Positions 49,293-57,604 of a stretch of DNA of 64,000 bases are shown here, in pieces. Made by a program: the position numbers and the translations under genes. Under the pieces are notes generated by a model that did no database searches, was not told the origin of the DNA, and was given only the letters and a program-made list of their open reading frames with translations. The stretch is from assembly GCA_963813155.1 (NCBI GenBank), contig CAWEYG010000002.1:672001-736000 (forward strand), read 5' to 3'. The DNA comes from an uncultured Acidobacteriota bacterium. Its GTDB lineage: Bacteria > Acidobacteriota > Thermoanaerobaculia > UBA5066 > DATFVB01. Numbering within the stretch: the stretch's first letter is position 1; every line of letters begins with the position of its first letter.

Positions 49293-49781
49293 CTACCTCC
49301 GGCGCATGATCTTCGGAAAGAGTGCCGTCAGCCCAACGGTCAAGAACGCGCCGATAGTCAGGACGCCAACGATTGTTCCGACTGCAAAATCTGCTCCGCT
49401 CACAAGGTTATTGCCGAGGCCATATCTGATCACCAGATAGAAGATGACGACATAGAGCGAGCTTGTGAGCAAACCCGGAGAATAAGTGTTGAGGCGGACA
49501 CTCCAATATAAGTGAAACGTGAAAGCATGAGTGACGAACCCGGCGAGGAAGATGAGCGGCAGGATGACCCAATGGCCGCCCAGGGTGTCAAAGAGAGTGT
49601 TCGCTGCCGCGAGCGCCACGAGAAACGCAGTATTGAACCAGAAGAACATCCGCATCCGGTAGGTCGGCCAAAAATTCTTCGCAATCCACGGCACAAATCC
49701 GCCGTTCAGAAGCGTTTCATCGAGGATGTGGACGACGTAGGATGCGAAGAAAGACCAAAAGAGAATATTGAGGAATGGCAT
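49293..49781 (-). CDS. HXXEE-like membrane protein
   Basis: GAGGGGG RBS; VVHILDE..GGF..W, FWFN, HAFTFHL, YSPGLLTS; several TM segments. Confidence 0.72.
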   Translation of the reverse strand: MPFLNILFWSFFASYVVHILDETLLNGGFVPWIAKNFWPTYRMRMFFWFNTAFLVALAAANTLFDTLGGHWVILPLIFLAGFVTHAFTFHLYWSVRLNTYSPGLLTSSLYVVIFYLVIRYGLGNNLVSGADFAVGTIVGVLTIGAFLTVGLTALFPKIMRRR

Positions 49782-49810
49782 GACTTGACCCCCTCGAACG
49801 CGATGATCTG

Positions 49811-50581
49811 TCAGCCGTGGCGATGGGTTTCGGGTTTCGCCGTCGTCGCAGCCGGGGTCGGGACGTAGGGACCAATACTCCCGTCGGACCATTTGGGCGC
49901 GATCACGAAGAAGGTCGTGATCGGTTCCACATCGCTCGTGGTCGAGAAGACCGGCCCCCCGTGAACGTTCGCGCCCCACGTCGAGGCCTCGGTCGCTGGC
50001 ACGAAGAACATGACATGGGGATACCAGCGTGGCTCCGCGCCAGGCTCCGGATCGTGGATGTACTGGTCTTTCGACAACATGTAAGCCATGGACCCCGGAG
50101 CGGGTGAGCCGATCTCATGGGCCGCCAGGGCCGCCTTCGTCCGGGCCAGCATCTCGTCTTTGGAGATTCCTGCGAGCACCCATTGGGTGCGCTTCAGATA
50201 GTCGGGGAGAACCGAGGTCGCCGCAGCCGCGTTCCAGCATTGGGGAGTGTGGATCCTGGGGTTCCAGAACTCAGGATTCTCGAAATCGTTCGCCCACGAT
50301 CTTTCCTGGAAACACACGAAGCCATTGCTTCCCTTCACCGCCGTCTCATAGCCGCGGGCGCCGAGCACGAGGATCTCGGCCTTGTCCGAGACCGCCGCGG
50401 GCCCTGCGCTCCGCGCCAGGGCGATCTCGGCATTGCGATCGGCCACGAGGTATTGCTCGACCGGCGCCATGCTCGGATACGGGGTTTGGGGTGCCTGTGC
50501 GCGCGCTGTATGACCTGCGCTCAGCGCGACGACCAGAACGAAGGTCCCCAGGGAAATGAACTGGCTTCTCTTGAGTTTCAT
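49811..50581 (-). CDS. Secreted conserved hypothetical protein
   Basis: GAGGAA RBS; signal peptide; EIALARSAGP, GSNGFVC, YMLS, PHVMFF. Confidence 0.75.
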   Translation of the reverse strand: MKLKRSQFISLGTFVLVVALSAGHTARAQAPQTPYPSMAPVEQYLVADRNAEIALARSAGPAAVSDKAEILVLGARGYETAVKGSNGFVCFQERSWANDFENPEFWNPRIHTPQCWNAAAATSVLPDYLKRTQWVLAGISKDEMLARTKAALAAHEIGSPAPGSMAYMLSKDQYIHDPEPGAEPRWYPHVMFFVPATEASTWGANVHGGPVFSTTSDVEPITTFFVIAPKWSDGSIGPYVPTPAATTAKPETHRHG

Positions 50582-50603
50582 GATTCCTCTTTCGTCGATC
50601 CAG

Positions 50604-50639
50604 AAAAAATGCCCGCCGGGGCATTATCCCCCGGCGGGC
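50604..50639 (-). terminator. Rho-independent terminator of the Oar-like receptor gene
   Basis: 11-bp stem GCCCGCCGGGG / CCCCGGCGGGC (50611-50621 and 50629-50639) followed by ATTTTTT on the minus strand. Confidence 0.85.
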
Positions 50640-50660
50640 GAAGTCATTGACCGAGAGATC

Positions 50661-53657
50661 CTAGAAGCTCAAACGAGCTCCGAAGCGAAGGACTCGGGGA
50701 CTCATCGTTTCCTCCACTCGATTGCCCTTGCCCGTGCAACTGACAGTGCCGCCGCAGGCATTCGTGCTCAACTGTTGCGACTGCTGGAGAACCGTGTTGC
50801 TGTTCAAGGCGTTGAACATGTCGACTGAGAGCGTCATGTCCGCCTTCTGGAAGAGAGGAAGAATCTTCTCCACCCGCAGATCCAGCTGGTAGAGGTTGTT
50901 CAGACGATGATCGTCGCTCGATCCGACGATGACCTTGCGCGAACCGAGGGAAGTGCCCACGTCGCCCCCGGTGATCGACGCGTAGTAGACCTGGAGATAG
51001 CCCTGGCGAGCAAAGAGGTTCGCCGCGACGTTGAAGTTCAGCGGAAGCTGGTACAGGCCGCTCACGTTGAATTGCCACTTCGAGCTCAGGTTGACGTCCG
51101 CCTTCGACCCGGAGCCCTGAGAGCTCTCGAATGCCTGCACGTTGTCCGCGCAACTCGCCCCCAGAGTCGTGGTCAGGACGTTGGTTGGGCCCTTCCAGGC
51201 GCCAAGGCCGGCGCTCGAGGCGAGGCAGGAGTCTCCTCCCTTGTTGCTCGTCCTCCAGTCCGTGTAGGCGGCCGACGCGTGCGCCATCCAGCGATTGGAA
51301 AGCCGCTTCGTCAGCTGCATCTCCACGCCGTTGTAGTTGGTCGTGAAGCCGGGGTCGTTCACGAGCTCTTCACCGCCGGTGAACCCGGCCGGGGCAATGA
51401 AGTCGTAGTAGTTGCCCGTGTTTCCGATGAGATGGCCCTGCTGATCGTAGGCCGGCAGGTTGCTGCGCGACGGATCCAGCTGGAAATCTGCCGCGGTGAC
51501 ACCGACGAGATGGCCGTTGATGCTGTCGGAGCGGTGGCGGTGCGTGTACGAGAGGCCGGCGACCAACTCCGGAAGAATCTGGTGGTCGACGCCGATCATG
51601 AACTCGTCGGTCTTCGAGTCCTTCAGATTCGGCTGGATTTTGTTCGGCGAGAGAAGCGAGTTGGGGTTATTCGGATTGAGTCCTTCGAAGCCGGCGTTCG
51701 GACCGAGCTCTCCCGGGTCCGCGAGGCCGTTATGGTTGGCGTCGGTGAAGGGGTACAGCATGTACGTGTAGGCGACCGGGTTGTCGTACGCGATGTACGT
51801 CGTGCCCATGGAGTCCGCGAAGCGCGCATAGGAGGCGCGCAGCAGCGTCGATTTCTGGGCGCCGAGAGCGTAAGTCAGTCCGACGCGAGGCTCCCAGTCC
51901 TTGAAATGGACTTCCGCCGCCGCGCCGCCATAGTTGAGCGCCGGGATGCACGGATTCGAAATCGAGAAGGGCTGGCCGGGATCGCATACCGAGTTGTTTC
52001 CCGGCGCGCTCGAGGGAGCGTTGAAGCCCTTCTGGTCGTCGTAGCGGATGCCGACGTTCACCGTCAGGTTGTTCGCCGTCATCGTGTCGCCCACGTACGC
52101 GTCATAGTACGTCTGCGTCGCGTTGGTCACGAGGTTGCGAAAGAGCTTGACGTACGACTGGCCGCTGCCGTTGTAGTTCAGGTAGTTGACGTCCTGATTC
52201 CCGGGCCATGTCGTCGACGATCCACCGATGATGTGTTTGTATCCGAACCCGAACTTGAGCTCATGGCCGATCGAGCCCGTGTTGAAGAAGTACGAGGCGT
52301 TGGCCGTCGCCTGGTGCTGTGGCCGATACGTCCCGAATTGGAAAAACGTTCCCTGCCACACTTCGTTCTGGTCCTGGATCATGTTCGGCCCGAGGCCGCC
52401 CTGAGGCGCAAGGGTGAATCCCGCTCGGACATAGTCGAGCGCCGCATTGACGACGAAGTTCGGCCCGAAGACCTGAGAGTCGTCCGCCTTCCAGATCGTC
52501 GTCGGGCCGGTCTGGTCCCAGGCCGTGCCCTGGCCGCGGTTGTTGCCGCCCGTGCGGCCGAGCTTGATTTTGTCGCCGCGGAAATAGAACGCGGTCGCCG
52601 AGTTCGACTCGATGGGCTGGATGTTCAACTTGCCGGAATAGTTTTCGAGGGTCGTCAAATCCTTGGCAGCGGAGGAGAGCTTGGTCAGGTCGATCTGATC
52701 GCGCCCGTAGCTGCCCCAGAGCCAGGCCTTGTCGGCCACGATCGGTCCGCCGGCCTCGGCTCCGTAGTCCTGGATGTGGTCAATCGAGTTGCCGCTGCCG
52801 ACTTTCAGTTCGGTCGGTCCGCCGAGAGCCGCGTTGTAGGGTCCGACCGCGTTGCTGTTCGCTCGCGCTTCCGTCCCACTGGGCGTCTCGAAGATGCGCG
52901 CCGAGCCGTGCACTTCGTTCGTGCCGCGCTTGGTCACCATGTTGAGCGTGACGCCGGGCACCGCTACCGCAGGATCGGACCCTCCCGTCGTCGCCTGCAT
53001 CTCCTGGAACGCGTCGAAATCGTAGTACGTCGAGGACGAGCCCTGAGCCGACATGTCCGTCACTTCGACGCCGTCGACGAGCCAGGAATTCTGCGTCGAA
53101 TCCACACCTTTGCCGATGTAGGCCGACTGCTGGCCGCTCTCGCTGCCCGCCACGTTGACACGGTCGATCTGGACGGAAGGCACCTGCTGCAACACGACCC
53201 AGGGATCGCGCGCCGTTGGAATGCTCTTCAGCTGATCCGACGTGAAGTCGGAGCCCGTGCTGACCTTGCGGGTGTCGAGAAGCGGGGTCTCCGATGACAC
53301 CGTGACCGTCGTCGCGACCGACGCGATCTTCATCGGAATCGCCACCTCCGTGTTCGATCCCAGACTGACGGTCACGTTCGTGCGCTCGACGGTCGAGAAA
53401 CCGTTGAGCTCCGTCTTGACGGTGTAGCTCCCGGGCGCCAGGTTGAGGAATCGGAATTCCCCCTGGCCTCCCGACGTCGCCGTTCGGGCGCCGCCTCCGC
53501 CGGTGAGCGTGACCGACACGCCGGGCAGCGCCCCGCCCGACTCGTCCGACACTTTCCCGTAGATGTTGCCGTACGTCGCCGACGCTCCCTGTCCGAACAG
53601 GGGCGCGGAGACGACAGCCGCCATCAGACAGATGGCAAGTAGTCTGAATACCTTCAT
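50661..53657 (-). CDS. Oar-like TonB-dependent outer-membrane receptor with carboxypeptidase-regulatory-like N-terminal domain
   Basis: AAGGAG RBS; signal peptide; GKVSDESGGALPGVSVT, IPTARDPW, NMVTKRGTN, PRVGLTY, C-terminal PRVLRFGARLSF. Confidence 0.92.
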   Translation of the reverse strand: MKVFRLLAICLMAAVVSAPLFGQGASATYGNIYGKVSDESGGALPGVSVTLTGGGGARTATSGGQGEFRFLNLAPGSYTVKTELNGFSTVERTNVTVSLGSNTEVAIPMKIASVATTVTVSSETPLLDTRKVSTGSDFTSDQLKSIPTARDPWVVLQQVPSVQIDRVNVAGSESGQQSAYIGKGVDSTQNSWLVDGVEVTDMSAQGSSSTYYDFDAFQEMQATTGGSDPAVAVPGVTLNMVTKRGTNEVHGSARIFETPSGTEARANSNAVGPYNAALGGPTELKVGSGNSIDHIQDYGAEAGGPIVADKAWLWGSYGRDQIDLTKLSSAAKDLTTLENYSGKLNIQPIESNSATAFYFRGDKIKLGRTGGNNRGQGTAWDQTGPTTIWKADDSQVFGPNFVVNAALDYVRAGFTLAPQGGLGPNMIQDQNEVWQGTFFQFGTYRPQHQATANASYFFNTGSIGHELKFGFGYKHIIGGSSTTWPGNQDVNYLNYNGSGQSYVKLFRNLVTNATQTYYDAYVGDTMTANNLTVNVGIRYDDQKGFNAPSSAPGNNSVCDPGQPFSISNPCIPALNYGGAAAEVHFKDWEPRVGLTYALGAQKSTLLRASYARFADSMGTTYIAYDNPVAYTYMLYPFTDANHNGLADPGELGPNAGFEGLNPNNPNSLLSPNKIQPNLKDSKTDEFMIGVDHQILPELVAGLSYTHRHRSDSINGHLVGVTAADFQLDPSRSNLPAYDQQGHLIGNTGNYYDFIAPAGFTGGEELVNDPGFTTNYNGVEMQLTKRLSNRWMAHASAAYTDWRTSNKGGDSCLASSAGLGAWKGPTNVLTTTLGASCADNVQAFESSQGSGSKADVNLSSKWQFNVSGLYQLPLNFNVAANLFARQGYLQVYYASITGGDVGTSLGSRKVIVGSSDDHRLNNLYQLDLRVEKILPLFQKADMTLSVDMFNALNSNTVLQQSQQLSTNACGGTVSCTGKGNRVEETMSPRVLRFGARLSF

Positions 53658-53740
53658 AACACTCCTTCCCGACCCTCTCGGGTCATCGTCGCTGCACTGT
53701 GCCGCGCACGCGGCATGTGAGAGCTTCGATGCCGCTAAAG

Positions 53741-53756
53741 AGCAACGCGGCTGCCA
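53741..53756 (-). promoter_or_regulatory. Sigma-54 (-24/-12) promoter
   Basis: Minus strand TGGCAGCCGCGTTGCT, GG-N10-GC with TTGC, about 85 nt upstream of ATG 53657. Confidence 0.72.
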
Positions 53757-53865
53757 CAGTCAATGGGCTTCACTGGACTATGAACTCATACACTTACGTG
53801 ACTTCTTGCGAGCGTGCCGGTCGGCTATTTGGACGCGGATTCAGGCGGTCGGGCGACTATTGCTT

Positions 53866-53955
53866 TTTCGGAAATACTCAACACGCCATAGTCACAGACG
53901 AATGACAGTACACACCGAAAGACACCGAGGGCGTGTTGACTGTTTCGGAAATACT
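53866..53955. repeat. 13-bp direct repeats enclosing a 10-bp inverted repeat
   Basis: TTTCGGAAATACT at 53866-53878 and 53943-53955; TCAACACGCC (53878-53887) and GGCGTGTTGA (53930-53939). Confidence 0.75.
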
Positions 53956-53997
53956 AAATGTCGAGAGTCGTGGTTGGAAAGGCTGATCGGGTCAATG

Positions 53998-54414
53998 TCA
54001 ATTGAGGCGTTCACGTCTCTTGAGCAGCTCATCGCACAAGTCCAGGAGCTCGTTTTCGGGCTGTCGGTCGATGAGGCTGAGCAACGTGAGGACGGCCGGC
54101 CTGTCGCGAATGACAGCCATGACGCGCTCGGGGATGAGCCCCGCCGCCGACTGCAGAGCGCCGACCTCGATGTTCAGCGCACTCGCGAGACGATGCATGA
54201 TCTTCGCGCTCGGCGGCGGCAATTGGCCGTGTTCGATGCGGGAAAGGTACGACGCGCTCATCCCGCTGAGACTGGCCAGGTGGCTCACCGTCAGCTTGCG
54301 CCTTCGCCGCTCCTCCCGGAGTGCTCTTCCGAAGGATCCCGTCGAATCTCCCGGAGAGCCCAGGGAATCCGAAGGCATCGGTTTGCGATCGTCAGACCTG
54401 TCCGGAGTTTTCAT
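53998..54414 (-). CDS. XRE-family HTH transcriptional regulator
   Basis: SFGRALREERR..LASLSGMSASYLSRIEHGQLPPPS..LASAL..AAGLIP; ATG overlaps upstream stop. Confidence 0.87.
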   Translation of the reverse strand: MKTPDRSDDRKPMPSDSLGSPGDSTGSFGRALREERRRRKLTVSHLASLSGMSASYLSRIEHGQLPPPSAKIMHRLASALNIEVGALQSAAGLIPERVMAVIRDRPAVLTLLSLIDRQPENELLDLCDELLKRRERLN

Positions 54415-54683
54415 GCTTCCCTGTTGCACGGCAGCGTCAGGAGAAGCGACGTTCGAAGGGCCTCGGCGGACAGAACCTGGCGCGTGTCGACGTCGCAAAT
54501 CTCCATCCATCGAATGAGGCTGCGAAGGATTGCCGAACGGCTCATGCTCGCGCCCGAGCGAGACCGGATGTCGATGGCCAGGAGCTGAAGAGTGACAAGG
54601 GCCTCGTTGCTGACGCGCAGGGTCACCGTGCAGTGCGTCTCCGGCGCGATTCGATGGTCGGTCGTCGAAAGAACGGCGCTCAA
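54411..54683 (-). CDS. Small ribbon-helix-helix-like protein
   Basis: TVTLRVS..L..L....SGASMSRSAILRSLI; 4-nt overlaps with both neighbours. Confidence 0.6.
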   Translation of the reverse strand: MSAVLSTTDHRIAPETHCTVTLRVSNEALVTLQLLAIDIRSRSGASMSRSAILRSLIRWMEICDVDTRQVLSAEALRTSLLLTLPCNREA

Positions 54684-54973
54684 TTACGCCCCTCGCCGTG
54701 AGGAAGGCCCGAGACCTCGCAAAGGCGTCGCGTGAGGTCGGCCTCCGACGCGACATCGCGAAGGTCCGGAGGGGCGGCGCTGACGACTTCCGCGAGGACC
54801 TGCAGGAGTCCGGCGCGTGAGATCCGGCACCCGGTGTCTCGAGCGACGCGCGCGCGGAATCGGTCGAGGAAATAGATTTGCCCCTCCGTGAGGCGAACGG
54901 ACGTCACGACGCTGACTGGCTCGTCGGCCACTTCTTCGCCGGGAATCTGCCGAGGCTGCGAAACCGTCTTCAT
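54680..54973 (-). CDS. Small ribbon-helix-helix-like protein (paralog of 54411-54683)
   Basis: VTSVRLT..Q..FLD....TGCRISRAGLLQVLA; 4-nt overlaps with both neighbours. Confidence 0.6.
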   Translation of the reverse strand: MKTVSQPRQIPGEEVADEPVSVVTSVRLTEGQIYFLDRFRARVARDTGCRISRAGLLQVLAEVVSAAPPDLRDVASEADLTRRLCEVSGLPHGEGRN

Positions 54974-55584
54974 GTGACGTTGGGTTCGCTGAAGAGAAGG
55001 CTGACGTATCGGCGCAAATGCTCGAGACTGTCGCGCACGACATCGGGACTCTGCCTTGCTTTCGCAAAGATGAAGGAGCCCTGCAGCGCGGCCTGGATGA
55101 AGTCGCCGACGCTTTCCGCGCTCCAGGAGGCCATCGGCGCATAGATCTGTTTCGCGGCTTCGATATCGCGAGTCAAAGCTTCGATGTGCGAAGACAGGCC
55201 CTGATCGCACGCGGCGCGGATGTGCGGATGAGTTGCGTACGTTTCCTGAACGAGCGTGCCGAGCAGGCAGGTGTAGTCCGGCAATTCACCCTGGAGAAGC
55301 TCCCCGCGAAAGTCGAGATAGCCGAGCAGGCGATCCAGCGGGTCTTCGAGGTTGCGGTACGGCGCGGTGGCGAAGAGGCCGACCGACATCGTTCCGAAAT
55401 AGGTGGCGGCGGCGACGGCGAGTTCGTCCTTAGTCTTGAAGTGATGAAAGAAACTGCCCTTCGTGACACCGGCTCTGTGGCAGATGTCGTCGACCGTCGT
55501 CGCCGCATAGCCCTTGGCCCGGATCACATATACGGACGACTCGATGAGCTTGATCTTCGATTCGTGGTGCGATTCCGCTTCCAT
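54970..55584 (-). CDS. TetR-family transcriptional regulator (NemR/LmrA-like)
   Basis: KGYAATTVDDIC..AGVTKGSFFHHFKTKDEL; DPLDRL; TCLLGTL; LQGSFIFAK. Confidence 0.92.
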   Translation of the reverse strand: MEAESHHESKIKLIESSVYVIRAKGYAATTVDDICHRAGVTKGSFFHHFKTKDELAVAAATYFGTMSVGLFATAPYRNLEDPLDRLLGYLDFRGELLQGELPDYTCLLGTLVQETYATHPHIRAACDQGLSSHIEALTRDIEAAKQIYAPMASWSAESVGDFIQAALQGSFIFAKARQSPDVVRDSLEHLRRYVSLLFSEPNVT

Positions 55585-55608
55585 CACTCTCTCCATCTCA
55601 ACTCGCCA

Positions 55609-55638
55609 GACACCATACCAACTAGATGGTACGGTGTC
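55609..55638. promoter_or_regulatory. Palindromic TetR operator candidate
   Basis: GACACCATACCAACTAGATGGTACGGTGTC, a 30-bp palindrome with two mismatched pairs, 25 nt upstream of the TetR start. Confidence 0.78.
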
Positions 55639-55814
55639 AAGAAGCAGTATAATTATCGCAATATAGCTTTTTATTTCAGTTGTTTGCAGCCTACTCCCTG
55701 CCGCAAGATCATCCGGATGCGGCGGAAGACCGTTCATCCCGAGGGCCGCACACACGAGATGCCGCATTCGGGAAGCAGGAAGGCGAGCGGCGGGTTCAGT
55801 GACGTGGAGGAGCG

Positions 55815-57480
55815 ATGAAAACATCCGGACTCTTTGTTCTCGGCGCGTCGATGTGCGCGGTCGCGATGGCGCAAACTCCAGGCGCGCCCGATCTGGTCCT
55901 GCTCAACGGAAAGATTTTCACGAGCAACGCAGCACAGCCTTACGTCCAGGCATTGGCGATCCGCAGCGACCGCATTCTCGCGACAGGCACGACCGCCCGG
56001 ATCGAGGCGCTTGCCGATCGGCGCACCAAACGGATCGACCTCGGCGGCCGCACCGTGATTCCGGGCATCAACGACGCTCACAACCACCTCGTGATCGATC
56101 CCCCGGATCGCATTGAGCTGGACCTCAAGACCCCCGATCCGGCCTGGCCCGAAATGAAGTCCGCAATCGAAGACGCGGTGCGGAGCGCTCGAGAGGGCTC
56201 CCCCATCCACTCCGAGATCGCCTGGAAGATCTTTCGTGATCTTTCGGTGAATCGGGACACCCTCGACCGGATCGCTCCGAAAAACCCCGTCGTTCTGGAA
56301 ACCTTCACGGGTCATGCCCTGATCGTCAATAGCGCCGCGCTGGCGCGGGCCGGGATTCGAGAGGACCAGCCGGATCCCATGGGCGGACGCTACGAAAGGT
56401 CCCCGGATGGCAGGCTCACCGGGGTCATTCGCGAATACGCGGCGACGATCGTGAAGCGCCGCCTCTCGGATCAGATCAGCGAGGCGGACGCCGTCGCGGA
56501 GTTGCGCAAGACACTGTCCGCGGCCGCCCGGTGGGGAATCACGACCCTCCAGGACATGTCGAACCGGATGGCGCCCCGCCGGTGCGTTGCGCTCCTGGAG
56601 AAAGTGCCTACCCCGATCCGGGTTCGCGTCATGAGGATGCCGGGAACGACTCCCGCCGGCCGCGACATCCAGGAAGGCCGGCCAGCGCCACGCAGCTCGA
56701 ATCCGCTCATCACGGTCAGCGGAACCAAATGGATGATCGACGGGGTTCCGGTCGAAGGAACGTTTGCGCCGCGCGACGATCCTTCAACCATGGATGAGTT
56801 CGTTCAGCATCTGGAGCTGATATTTCCGAAGACGGAGCTCGCCGCCATGCTGAGGGAGTCGCTGAGCGATCACGATCAGCTGATGGTCCACACAGTGGGT
56901 TATCCGGCGACGGTCGCGATGCTGGACGCGATGCAGTCCGCGGGCGGACCGCGAGTCTGGAGCAGCCAGCGAGTACGTTTCGAACACGGCGACAGCCTGA
57001 CACCGGACTTGATCCCTCGATCAAAGGAAATGGGGATCGTGGTGGTGCAGAACCCGACGCACTTCGCCGCCGCGAAGTTGAATCCCGACCTCACGGGCGT
57101 CTTTGAAAAGACGAAGTCCCAGCCCCTTCGATCGCTGCTGGTCGCGGGCATTCCACTTGCTTTCGGTTCGGACGGGCCGACGAATCCCTATCTGAATATC
57201 CTGTTCGCCTCTCTGGAGCCGAATCGCCCGACCGAGGCCATCTCGCGAGAACAAGCAGTCGCCGCTTATACGCTCGGTTCCGCCTACGCCGAGTTCGCGG
57301 AGAAACAGAAACGGGAGCCTCGAGCCCGGCAAGCTCGCCGATCTCGCCGTCCTGTCGCAGGACATCTTCACGGTCCCGGCGCCGGACCTGCCGAAGACGA
57401 CGGCCCTCCTGACGATCGTCGGCGGAAAAGTGGCTTACGACGCCGGCGTCCTTCATCGTTTCGAGGTCTCGATTCCATAA
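55815..57480 (+). CDS. Amidohydrolase_3 (YtcJ-like) exported metal-dependent hydrolase, frameshift near 57310
   Basis: GGAGG RBS; PGINDAHNH, GHALIVNSAAL, RFEH, FGSDG, YTLGSAYAEF, then GSLEPGKLADLAVL..TIVGGK ending TAA 57478-57480. Confidence 0.9.
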
Positions 57481-57604
57481 GAAGAAACGATTAGACCCGC
57501 GTCGAATAGGCGCAGAAGCTAGCAATCCGGGACCTCCATATTGCCGGCCGGCCCGGCGAGAGGACAGGATTGAACACACAGTTCCGGAAAGTAGGACGGC
57601 CGGA

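Noticed and set aside
53891-53942. Hammerhead-like words (CAGACGA...GAAA)
   Set aside because: Core is CAGACGA rather than CUGANGA, stem II cannot form and the UH cleavage site is absent.
57506-57525. AGGCGCAGAAGCTAGC as a sigma-54 promoter
   Set aside because: Spacing is off by one base and the -12 element lacks TTGC.
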